This document shows, piece by piece, positions 17,939 through 26,105 of a stretch of DNA of 50,183 nt. The position numbers and the translations under genes are program-made. Under the pieces are notes generated by a model. It was not told the origin of the DNA. It did not search any database and worked only from the letters and a program-made list of their open reading frames with translations. Source of the DNA: a virus (Duplodnaviria > Caudoviricetes); IMG/VR virus record IMGVR_UViG_3300009085_000039, positions 1 to 50,183 of that record; one strand, 5' to 3'. The number at the start of each line of letters is the position of its first letter. Within the stretch, counting starts at the first letter, position 1.

Positions 17939-18338
17939 AATGGAATTAACAACCGAAGAATGGGAAGCTATAGCAGAAGCAAGGATAGCGATATGTGAGG
18001 AAAGGGAAATGTCGCTTGAGATAGATGCGCTCCTTATAGAAAAAGATGATCTTTCCAAGCGATTGGAAAAGGCGAATGAAGAAATAGTTAAGTGGAGGAA
18101 GTTACTGCGGGATTTAATAGAATCACTTGAGGCGGTTCATGACGATCCCGAATATCAAACGGTATGGACTTTGTATCAATCTCATATACCAACCGGATAT
18201 AGAGGGCGTAAATACACAAAGGAATTTGATGCGGCAAAGGAAGCATTAGGACCCAACAAAGAATTAAACGACCCTGAATTTCGGAGAGATTATGAGCAGT
18301 GGTTGGATGATTTGGAGGTGAAGTATGCGATTCCTTAG
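17928..18338 (+). CDS. Hypothetical protein
   Basis: Acidic coiled coil; overlapping operon context. Confidence 0.65.
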   Translation: MEDKMELTTEEWEAIAEARIAICEEREMSLEIDALLIEKDDLSKRLEKANEEIVKWRKLLRDLIESLEAVHDDPEYQTVWTLYQSHIPTGYRGRKYTKEFDAAKEALGPNKELNDPEFRRDYEQWLDDLEVKYAIP

Positions 18339-18528
18339 AAGTAAAAAGCAGAGAGCCATTAAAAAGAGGTTCAAAAAGACAGGGATACTTCCCGCAATCC
18401 CAATTGGTAAGAAGGATGGGCTTTACTGGTATAAATGCGTTATCCCAAAAGGAGTAGATGTCCCTATATTTTTTTCTGGATACACCCCTATGAAATACAT
18501 TCAGGAGGTTAAGTATGCGCGACCCTAA
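18325..18528 (+). CDS. Hypothetical basic protein
   Basis: SD GGAGGTG. Confidence 0.55.
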   Translation: MRFLRSKKQRAIKKRFKKTGILPAIPIGKKDGLYWYKCVIPKGVDVPIFFSGYTPMKYIQEVKYARP

Positions 18529-18681
18529 CGAACCTTCAGCTTCAGATTGCGGGCACCATACAACGAATTGGACATCATCGACGAGAACGGCGAAGAGATA
18601 ACCATCTGTGATTGCACATCTTGCCGCCGCAGAAGGACGAGGGAACAGAAGGAAGAATATCTGATTGATAGGGAGGATTGA
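18515..18681 (+). pseudogene. Small gene with an apparent 1-nt frameshift
   Basis: SD AGGAGG + ATG gives MRDPNEPSASDCGH; another frame continues YNELDIIDENGEEITICDCTSCRRRR...DRED to a TGA overlapping the next ATG. Confidence 0.4.
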
Positions 18682-19172
18682 TGATGGAACTGGCAAAGAG
18701 CCTTGATTTTTACGAGAAGCAGATAAAAAGCGGTGTTCGGGCGGGGTTACTGGGCGCGATTCATATCGGTATTGCACTTAAGAGGATTAAAGACGATAAC
18801 TTATGGGTGACAAGCGGGTCAAGGAACTTTGAGAAATACGTTTCTTCATCTCACGGCTTCTCCAAGAGTACCACCTATAACATGATCTCAGTAGCGGAAA
18901 AATTCGGCAAACATATCCTTGAAGATCCCTCTTTACAGTCCATCGAGCCGACGAGACTTATCCGGTTACTACCGTTTGTTGATGATTCCAACCCGTTGGA
19001 CTTGCTACATCAAGCGGCACAGATACCGGACGCACAGGGTTTCGACAATCAACTCCGAAACTTAGGCGGCAAGACCGGGACAGACGACCCGCACGAACAT
19101 GCATGGGAGTCAATCAATATCGAACAATGCTCCATCTGTAAACTCAGAAGGAAGGTGAAAGATGTCATCTAA
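18681..19172 (+). CDS. DUF3102-like protein with C-terminal CxxC
   Basis: IGIALKRIKD..LW...NFEKYV...GFSKSTTYNMI pattern. Confidence 0.55.
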   Translation: MMELAKSLDFYEKQIKSGVRAGLLGAIHIGIALKRIKDDNLWVTSGSRNFEKYVSSSHGFSKSTTYNMISVAEKFGKHILEDPSLQSIEPTRLIRLLPFVDDSNPLDLLHQAAQIPDAQGFDNQLRNLGGKTGTDDPHEHAWESINIEQCSICKLRRKVKDVI

Positions 19173-19626
19173 TAGGTCTAAATCGACATCTAAGCCACTT
19201 AAAAAGAAAAAGGCGGTAGGAGATACCAAGAAACACAGAAAGCGAATAGAAGGCGAATTAGACCGCCTTTGGGCGCAAATAGTCAAGGCTCGGTGGAACA
19301 ACAAATGTGGTTGGCCTGGGTGTCAATACAAAGAAGCACTGGCAAGTCACCATTTTTATCATAAAGCACACGGCCTTCGGGCAAGGTGGAATCTTGATAA
19401 TGGTATAGTACTTGACTTCTATCATCATATCCAGGTCGTCCATCGGAGAGGAGATACCGAACCGATAAGGGATGCCATCATTGAACATATCGGGCAGGAC
19501 AGGTTTGAGCAATTAAAGATCGACGTAAGAGGGATATGGAAACCATCTATTGAAGAACTTGAGTGTCTGAGGGATGATTTTCAGGGAATACTTGACGAAA
19601 TTACGGTAAAGGAGACAGGGATATGA
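19162..19626 (+). CDS. NinG/Rap-like HNH-type recombination endonuclease
   Basis: LDRLWAQIVKAR..KC..PGC...SHHF.......RWNLDNGIVL...HH. Confidence 0.7.
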   Translation: MSSNRSKSTSKPLKKKKAVGDTKKHRKRIEGELDRLWAQIVKARWNNKCGWPGCQYKEALASHHFYHKAHGLRARWNLDNGIVLDFYHHIQVVHRRGDTEPIRDAIIEHIGQDRFEQLKIDVRGIWKPSIEELECLRDDFQGILDEITVKETGI

Positions 19627-19763
19627 CAGGGATAGTTTGTAAGAAATGTGGGAAGAAGGATTGTAGGGAGTTTCTTATCTTAGGCGGATGGGTTACTTTC
19701 GTGTGTCCAGGTTGTGCGTTTAGTTGGACGGAGCCGGTGAATTTGCAGGAGGTTAAGATTTGA
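19623..19763 (+). CDS. Small zinc-ribbon protein (46 aa, not in ORF track)
   Basis: MTGIVCKKCG...FVCPGCAFSW; ATGA overlap; SD AAGGAG. Confidence 0.6.
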   Translation: MTGIVCKKCGKKDCREFLILGGWVTFVCPGCAFSWTEPVNLQEVKI

Positions 19764-19957
19764 ACGCAATCCCCTTTCTTTTTCTCTTGACCTGCCCTTA
19801 GCAAGAGAACCAGTGGGTCCCGATGTCAAGATCGGGGAGGGTAGAAAGCCGGTAACTACCGTGAAAGCCCCTTGACCCCCTCTGGATTTTGCACGTTCTT
19901 GATCTTCCCTAAGGCGGGGCGGACAAGTCGGTTAACACCTTTCCCCCTTTTAAATAC

Positions 19958-19993
19958 AAAAGCCCCCGAATCATATAGACTCCGAGGGCTTTT
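19958..19993. terminator. Putative bidirectional intrinsic terminator
   Basis: AAAAGCCC...GGGCTTTT hairpin between converging operons. Confidence 0.5.
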
Positions 19994-20155
19994 TATTCTA
20001 TCAGCGGTTGTGAGGCAGACATGATTTATATCAAGAACTGCGCCGCCGATATTTTGGTTACGGGTAATCATATCAAACCTCACGATTCCCCTATAACCGA
20101 AAATCAGGTTTTTGTCAATACCCTATTTTATCACCCCCTTTTCCAATTTCTTGGA

Positions 20156-21175
20156 CTACGCTGCGATTTGGTTCCATTCTTTCTCTGTTAGGTCGATTAT
20201 TCTTCCACCGATGGATTCATATTCAATCGCTCTGTCGTAATCCTCAGTGTTGTTCGCCATTGCGGTTACGGAGTTGGCAAGCCCCCATTGAGATAGGTCC
20301 CCGCCATTGACGAGGTTCTTCAAGATCGAGTCCTTAGCCGATACCGGCATGGAGTACCGTTTAGTGACGTCTTCGATGACTGCGACCAGAGGCTTCTCTT
20401 TGATCTTGTTTTCGGCGGTAAGTTGAAGTCTGGACATGGTTTTATCCCAAGCCACTTCAGACAAGGTTTCCCTTACCGTATCCCTGATCTTAAGTAGAAA
20501 TGCGTGGTTATCGGCATTTCGTGTATCAGCGGCGAAGTAGTCTTGGTCGATTTGCTTCCCTATATGGTATTTTCTCATGGCGGTATCTCTAATCATCCCG
20601 TTAAGGCATACCAACCTATAGATGAGGGGAGAGATATTTACCGATCCAAGGCCCACTTCTGAGTTGGAGATGATAAGACCTGATTGAACCACGTCGCCTT
20701 TTTTTACTTCACCTTGAAGTTTAGGGAAAACGACTTGAAGGTACATGCGTTTTTCAGTCACTTCCGCCGAAAGGACTTGAATATCAGGATACTCAAGAAC
20801 AACCGGAAGCGCGGTTTCAAGGATGAGGTCGTTATCAAGGGGTCTGTACCTGTCCGAAAGAAAGGCCCTTGCTTTTGAACCTACAGTCCTTACCATTCGG
20901 CTATCGGTGGCTCGGGCAAGCCATGTGTTGACGTTGTTTTCCCATAAAGCGGGTGTTTGGGTTTTCATCCGGTCATAATAAGCCTTTGGGATGTCGAGCT
21001 TTTCCGCCATTTGCTCATGGAAGATAGGGTTGATGTCATAAGCGTTTTGTCCATCGAACTCCAATTTCCCACCTGCTACGAACATATGGTCTGAGGGAAC
21101 GATGAAATCCTTACGTTGGTTTGCGGAGTTTTGTACCGCTTCCGCGAGTTTCATGATGCTGATTCCTTTGTTCAT
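20156..21175 (-). CDS. DUF932-like phage protein
   Basis: RAFLSDRYRPLDN and GDVVQSGLIISNSEVGLGS...YRLVCLNGMI; start MNKGIS after SD AAAGGAGA. Confidence 0.75.
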   Translation of the reverse strand: MNKGISIMKLAEAVQNSANQRKDFIVPSDHMFVAGGKLEFDGQNAYDINPIFHEQMAEKLDIPKAYYDRMKTQTPALWENNVNTWLARATDSRMVRTVGSKARAFLSDRYRPLDNDLILETALPVVLEYPDIQVLSAEVTEKRMYLQVVFPKLQGEVKKGDVVQSGLIISNSEVGLGSVNISPLIYRLVCLNGMIRDTAMRKYHIGKQIDQDYFAADTRNADNHAFLLKIRDTVRETLSEVAWDKTMSRLQLTAENKIKEKPLVAVIEDVTKRYSMPVSAKDSILKNLVNGGDLSQWGLANSVTAMANNTEDYDRAIEYESIGGRIIDLTEKEWNQIAA

Positions 21176-21206
21176 ATCGATCTCCTTTCTGTTTAGGGTT
21201 GACTCC

Positions 21207-21291
21207 ACAATAACACAAACCCCTTCAATAGTCAAGAATAATTCACACCAAGTATAAACTTCTTGACAATACCACCACAAAGAGATATAAG
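21207..21291. promoter_or_regulatory. Divergent sigma70-type promoter pair
   Basis: Minus strand TTGACT-N17-TATTGT with TGn (21235-21207); plus strand TTGACA-N17-TATAAG (21263-21291). Confidence 0.65.
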
Positions 21292-21314
21292 AACCCCAAA
21301 GGAGGATACCGCCG

Positions 21315-21509
21315 ATGGAAGAGATGACGACATCAATGAAAATAAGAGGGTTACTGGCATCAAGAGGATGGACGCAAACAAATCTTTCCGAATACCTGGA
21401 CTGCACCAGGGAAACTATTTCCAATCGTTTACGGGCAGATAATTGGAGCGTGAAGGATTTGAAGCGGATCGCGGAGTGCTTCAACGAGGATGTTTCCAGG
21501 CTTCTGTAA
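21315..21509 (+). CDS. Cro/XRE-like HTH regulator (paralog of 15390-15596)
   Basis: KIRGLLASRGWTQTNLSEYLDCTRETISNRL..NWSV; SD AAGGAGG. Confidence 0.8.
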   Translation: MEEMTTSMKIRGLLASRGWTQTNLSEYLDCTRETISNRLRADNWSVKDLKRIAECFNEDVSRLL

Positions 21510-21786
21510 CTGAATCAGAATCGATCTAAATTTTAACCTTTTTTATATTGGGGTACGATGGGCTGAGTAACGCCTTTCGTGCAACATTCGGATTCGTGCG
21601 CTTTGCGACCAAAAAAACGAGGGTCGTTTTTCTTCGGGTGTGTTTTTCTTCTCTGTTAGTTATCTTAACACAAAAGGCCAAAAATTGCAAGCGGTGTTTC
21701 TGAGGTTCTGACCTTTGGAAAGGTTGTGACCTCTTCTTTTTATATCCTCTCAGTAAAATATATTTCATTTTGTGTGAAGATATTTC

Positions 21787-21815
21787 TTGACATTGTGAAA
21801 AGACATCTTTATATA
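21787..21815 (+). promoter_or_regulatory. Sigma70-type promoter for the amidoligase operon
   Basis: TTGACA-N17-TATATA in AT-rich intergenic DNA. Confidence 0.5.
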
Positions 21816-21837
21816 TGTATCGAAAGGGGGTCTTGAT

Positions 21838-21909
21838 ATGATTGAAAAAGTGATTTTCACCTATTTGGCGGCGTTGGTGGTTTTAATGTTTCTTGTCTAT
21901 TTTATTTAA
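21838..21909 (+). CDS. 23-aa single-TM peptide (MIEKVIFTYLAALVVLMFLVYFI)
   Basis: SD AAAGGGGG; uniformly hydrophobic; directly before the amidoligase. Confidence 0.55.
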   Translation: MIEKVIFTYLAALVVLMFLVYFI

Positions 21910-21920
21910 GGGGGTGAATT

Positions 21921-23177
21921 ATGGAAGCAATTCAGCAAGTCCAAAAGTCGTTAGATTTGAAAGAAGAGTGTTCGCAGTGTGGCAAGTGGGTTGTGGGTTT
22001 AACAGATACTTCGACGGGTCCGGTGTGTGATGAATGTCTTGAAGATTTTTTTCTGTGTGTTGATTGCGAGGAATATAAACCGGATGGCGAGCTGACAAGT
22101 ACAGTCAATGGACCGGTGTGTGATGAGTGTTGTGATAATTATATTTGTTGTGATTCGTGCGGTGAATGGGTCTTAAATGATGACGCTGTGTTGTGTGACG
22201 ATTCGGTTTACTGCGAGTCATGCGGCGATGAAAATACATTTTGCTGTGCGGATTGTGGTGAAAGGAATGCAAATAATGCTGCGGTTAATACTGCTGGTGG
22301 TGATTCGATTTGTGAAAGGTGTTACGAAAATAATTATTTCTGTTGTGAAAACTGTCAAGAGGTTTTCCATAATGACAATTTAATGTCTACTGACTTTGCA
22401 TATTATTGTGAACGGTGTTATCCGGGAAATGATGATAATGGGGTAATACATGATTACCACCATAAGCCTAATCCGGTTTTCCATCATATGCCAAAGGAAA
22501 AAGATAAGTTATACATCGGAGTTGAACTTGAAACGGAAGGGGATTGTGATTGTGCGGAGGGGTGTCTTGAATGGTCGGACGGTGAGGATCGATATTGGTT
22601 GGAACACGATAGCAGTCTGGATCGTGGGTTTGAGCTGGTAACGCATCCATGCACGTTGGCCTATCATATGGAAAGGTTTCCGTGGGTTTCCGTATGTGAT
22701 TACCTGAAGGATAATAGATTCAAGTCGCATAATACCGAGACTTGTGGGTTACATATACATATAAGCAAAAGACCTCTGTCTCCAGCGGATCAAATCAAGA
22801 TTGGTTTATTTATGGGGTTCAATGCGGAAAAAATAAAGATTTTGGGGCGGCGGGATTACAATACCTATTGCAAGCGGAAATATATCGATAAAAAGATCAA
22901 TGCTGATTGTTCTCCTGATCGGTACGAGGCGGTTAATTTCACTAACTATAAGACTATAGAATTTCGGTTTTTCCGTGGGTCTATTAAAGCGGATACGATC
23001 AAAGCGGCAATTCAATTTTGTCATGCGCTCGTGGGATATTGTAAGCAAAACGGGTTTCCGACATTGGTAAGACCATGTTGGAATGAATTTGTGGCCTATG
23101 TCAAGGGGATAAAGGAATATAAACTTCTCTATACCTATCTACTGCATAAGAATATCGGGGGTGAATCATGTGTATAA
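21921..23177 (+). CDS. Amidoligase enzyme (COOH-NH2 ligase superfamily) with N-terminal zinc-ribbon repeats
   Basis: Ten CxxC motifs; IGVELE, DSSL..GFELVTHP, TCGLHIHIS, RYEAVN, TIEFRFFRG. Confidence 0.88.
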   Translation: MEAIQQVQKSLDLKEECSQCGKWVVGLTDTSTGPVCDECLEDFFLCVDCEEYKPDGELTSTVNGPVCDECCDNYICCDSCGEWVLNDDAVLCDDSVYCESCGDENTFCCADCGERNANNAAVNTAGGDSICERCYENNYFCCENCQEVFHNDNLMSTDFAYYCERCYPGNDDNGVIHDYHHKPNPVFHHMPKEKDKLYIGVELETEGDCDCAEGCLEWSDGEDRYWLEHDSSLDRGFELVTHPCTLAYHMERFPWVSVCDYLKDNRFKSHNTETCGLHIHISKRPLSPADQIKIGLFMGFNAEKIKILGRRDYNTYCKRKYIDKKINADCSPDRYEAVNFTNYKTIEFRFFRGSIKADTIKAAIQFCHALVGYCKQNGFPTLVRPCWNEFVAYVKGIKEYKLLYTYLLHKNIGGESCV

Positions 23178-23908
23178 TCGTCATTAAGCCTGCGGGTGCC
23201 AAGTTTCCGTCAAAGTCGATTCTAAAGGAATGTTTTGATAATAATCCTGACGGGGCGGGGTTCATGTTCCCATATCGGGGCAAGGTGGAAATATTCAAGG
23301 GATATATGAGATTCAAGAAGTTTTATCGTGCGTTGAATGTATTTGACCAAGATATATCCTTCCCGGTGATTTATCATTTTAGAATAGCTACCACGGGCAA
23401 GGTAAATGCCGATAATACTCATCCATTTCCCATTAGCAAGGTTTCAACCGATCTATGCCAATGGTATAGTGTTACGGATTTGGCTGTATGTCATAACGGT
23501 ATCCTGCCGATTAAACCATATAAAAGCCTGTCGGATACGCAAACATTTATTCTTGATATGCTTGCAGGGCTAAAAAAGGATATCATAAACAAACGTCCTG
23601 CGGTGATGGAATTGATAGAACTGGCGGTTCGGGGGTCAAGGTTGGCGTTTATGACCGGTACGGGTGAAGTGATAAAATTCGGGTCCGGTTGGATCGAAGA
23701 CCAAGGGCTAATCTATAGTAACGATGGGTATAAGCCGTCAGTTTATGAGAAGTATTGCGGTCATACGTATCCGATTGGGATCGAGTATGGTGATGGAGGT
23801 GATTATTTTTGTGAACACTGCGGCGGCAAGCTGTATCAGTGGGGTCAGGACCTATATTGTAACGAGTGCGACAACCTGGGCAACATAAACAGGCAAGGGA
23901 TGGTATAG
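23168..23908 (+). CDS. Class II (Ntn) glutamine amidotransferase
   Basis: N-terminal MC, NPDGAG, HFRIATTG, NTHPF, HNGI, SDT motifs; C-terminal zinc ribbon. Confidence 0.9.
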   Translation: MCIIVIKPAGAKFPSKSILKECFDNNPDGAGFMFPYRGKVEIFKGYMRFKKFYRALNVFDQDISFPVIYHFRIATTGKVNADNTHPFPISKVSTDLCQWYSVTDLAVCHNGILPIKPYKSLSDTQTFILDMLAGLKKDIINKRPAVMELIELAVRGSRLAFMTGTGEVIKFGSGWIEDQGLIYSNDGYKPSVYEKYCGHTYPIGIEYGDGGDYFCEHCGGKLYQWGQDLYCNECDNLGNINRQGMV

Positions 23909-23930
23909 GTTTTCCAAGAAATTGGAAAGA

Positions 23931-23965
23931 GGCGGCGGGGCAAGGAATGACCGCCGTTTTTTATT
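23931..23965 (+). terminator. Intrinsic terminator
   Basis: GGCGGCGG...CCGCCGTT stem followed by a T-tract. Confidence 0.65.
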
Positions 23966-23993
23966 GCCTAAAATTCCGCCGCTAAAAAAGGTA

Positions 23994-24022
23994 TTGACAT
24001 TCAATTAATATAGGTTTATACG
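23994..24022 (+). promoter_or_regulatory. Candidate late-operon promoter
   Basis: TTGACA-N17-TATACG; contains ATAGGTTTATA, which also occurs at positions 1-11. Confidence 0.5.
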
Positions 24023-24513
24023 ATCTTCAAATGGGGGGCCGCAAAGTTATGCCATTACCATTGTCAAGATCACCTATAAGTCAAGCTATCAATACAGCAA
24101 TCCAGAAACTATCAAGAGCTAATACAAGGGGTGATATGGGGGCTGTAGTGAGTGCTCCGCAACATCCAACACCTGTGGTACGCTCATCGTACCAGTTGGA
24201 TAAATGTGCGGATATAAACCATATCCACCTGCCGATGCTTCAGGATGGCGTCTCTATTGGCTCGATATCAAGGGATGCTGTTATGGGGGTATTTATGGGG
24301 GTATGTCAATCAATGGTGGATTATAATGCTTAATGATAATACTATACTATATGTTCTGTGTGATGGATGCAACCTCTGCCATGATTCATATGTGATTCAT
24401 TCGGCAGGGGGGGGAGGGGAGCCGGTGACGAAGGTGGTGGCTGGTGGTATGGATTCCTTACCTGCAACTCACAAGGGTTGGTGGGAAAACGGGTTTATGG
24501 ATAGTGAGTGGTC

Positions 24514-24861
24514 ATGAAATGTTTAGTTTGTGGGGTTGAGTTTGTTGCGGAGCGAAAGACGGCGAAGTATTGTTCTGAGCTTTGCAAGAAGAGGTTTCGG
24601 AGGGGAGTTAGCGGGACAGAAGGTTCCTTAGCGGGACAAGATGACCTTAGCGGGACAGATGAAGTTGGGAGTCCTGCGGAGGTGGTTGATGTGGTCAAGG
24701 ACTTGAAATTGGATTTGCACAAAGACCTTGGGTGCTATTCATGGACGGAGAATGGGATATTTATTCGTTCCGACATAACGATAGATCAGGTTCAGAACAT
24801 AGCTCGATTAGTTGCGGCGAAGCATGGTAGGGAGGTTGATTTTAATGAGTGCCGAGGTTAA
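24514..24861 (+). CDS. Hypothetical zinc-finger protein
   Basis: KCLVCG..F......KYCSELCKK motif. Confidence 0.6.
   Translation: MKCLVCGVEFVAERKTAKYCSELCKKRFRRGVSGTEGSLAGQDDLSGTDEVGSPAEVVDVVKDLKLDLHKDLGCYSWTENGIFIRSDITIDQVQNIARLVAAKHGREVDFNECRG
24608..24657. repeat. Three direct repeats TTAGCGGGACA
   Basis: At 24608, 24628 and 24647 (spacing 20 and 19 bp, not codon multiples). Confidence 0.85.
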
Positions 24862-25396
24862 GAAACCTTTGCCAATGCACAGCCCGGAGGCGATAAAGAA
24901 GCGGGTAGCGACTTTGCATAAGCAGCATAGGGTGAGGGACATGGCGATAGTGAAGAAGCGGATAGAGGGGAAGTCTAACAGGACGATAGCGAAGGAGATT
25001 ACGAGGGAGTTTGCGCCGATAACTCATCAGCGTGTGGATTATATATTGAGTCGAGATGATATAAAGCCTATCATGGAGAAGCAGTATTTGAAGATCATGG
25101 GTGTTGTCCCGGAGGTTACGGACAGGATTATTGCGAAGTCGAGGGCATTAGATGAGAATTTGGATGACAAGATCAACCAGCCGATTTGTTGGGAGGCGAA
25201 CAAACTATTGGCACAGACGGCGGGTATTTTGATTGCGCCGAACCAGACGAATATTCAGAACACGTTTATCACCCAAAATAACAACATAGTCCCTCCGGTG
25301 ATACAGGATCTCATGAAAAAGTATTTCGGGGACATTATTGATATTAAGCCTTTGGACATGAAGGAGATTGAAGATGCCGCTGACGCCCAAGGGTAA
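24845..25396 (+). CDS. terS: Putative terminase small subunit
   Basis: HTH-like EGKSNRTIAKEI...HQRVDYIL, helical middle, TNIQNTFITQNNN tail; upstream of terL; SD GGGAGG. Confidence 0.55.
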   Translation: MSAEVKKPLPMHSPEAIKKRVATLHKQHRVRDMAIVKKRIEGKSNRTIAKEITREFAPITHQRVDYILSRDDIKPIMEKQYLKIMGVVPEVTDRIIAKSRALDENLDDKINQPICWEANKLLAQTAGILIAPNQTNIQNTFITQNNNIVPPVIQDLMKKYFGDIIDIKPLDMKEIEDAADAQG

Positions 25397-25508
25397 GAAG
25401 ATCATGAAGTCGATGAAGAAGACCTATAAAACCACTAAGAAGACGGAGGAGGTGTTTTACTCTTCTGTTAATAAGGGTAAGATAAAGGGAGTCCACAAAA
25501 AGAAATAG
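25374..25508 (+). CDS. Small basic phage protein (44 aa, not in ORF track)
   Basis: MPLTPKGKKIMKSMKKTY...EVFYSSVNKGKIKGVH; resembles a common small phage family; SD AAGGAG. Confidence 0.7.
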   Translation: MPLTPKGKKIMKSMKKTYKTTKKTEEVFYSSVNKGKIKGVHKKK

Positions 25509-25517
25509 GAGTCTCTG

Positions 25518-26105
25518 ATGCGATTCATTCTGAAAGGAACGGCGAGGGATGGGCATGGGCAGATAATTTCAAGTGCCACGGTGAGTGTTTATTTGGCGGG
25601 GACCACGACGGTTGCTTCGGTGTATGCGGCATCTGCCGGTGGGACTGCGGTGAACTCAGTCACTTCTGGAACGGACGGTTCGTTCACGTTATATGTTGAT
25701 GATTCGGATTACTATCAATCTCAGAAGTTCAAGGTGACGGTATCTAAAACCGGATACACGAGTAAGACTTACGATGATGTGGTCATTTTCGCTCTGGGAC
25801 AGGCGACGGTGAAGACTGCTTTGCCTTCGGATGGTGCCGGGGAGAACGGTGATTTTGCCATCGTTGAGACAACGGACAACCATCAGTTCGCGTGGCAAGC
25901 CGGGGATGTATGGTACACCAGCGGCAGGGCGGAGATTCTTGCTGCGGTTCCTTCTGCGGGTACGGGGACTAACGGGGAGATAAGGATCATCGAAGCAACC
26001 GGCCTTCATGCGATAGCATGGAAAGCCGGGGGTGCGTGGTATGTGTCCATAGGAGGCACGACAGAAGGTTCTGCCGGTAATTACTCTTGGGAGTCGAGTC
26101 TGTGA
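25518..26105 (+). CDS. Virion-like protein: prealbumin/head-binding-like domain plus two fibre-type repeats
   Basis: ATVSVYLAGTTTVASVY...SVTSGTDGSFTLY; repeats PSDGAGENGD..AWQAGDVWY and PSAGTGTNGE..AWKAGGAWY. Confidence 0.55.
   Translation: MRFILKGTARDGHGQIISSATVSVYLAGTTTVASVYAASAGGTAVNSVTSGTDGSFTLYVDDSDYYQSQKFKVTVSKTGYTSKTYDDVVIFALGQATVKTALPSDGAGENGDFAIVETTDNHQFAWQAGDVWYTSGRAEILAAVPSAGTGTNGEIRIIEATGLHAIAWKAGGAWYVSIGGTTEGSAGNYSWESSL

Noticed and set aside
19856-20118. Minus-strand promoter (TTGACA at 20118-20113) and 75-aa ORF
   Set aside because: Weak -10 (TATAGG), and the ORF runs through the terminator hairpin; support too thin to call
21176-21484. 103-codon N-terminal extension of the DUF932-like ORF in the ORF track
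   Set aside because: It overlaps the divergent promoters and the antisense HTH gene; a strong SD supports the start at 21175
24031-24517. ORFs 24031-24333 and 24245-24517 as genes
   Set aside because: No clear SD, no motifs and mutually overlapping; more likely a non-coding late leader or packaging region
24608-24657. Mini-CRISPR array
   Set aside because: Repeats (11 bp) and spacers (8-9 bp) are far too short; the Cas4-like nuclease is a common stand-alone phage gene
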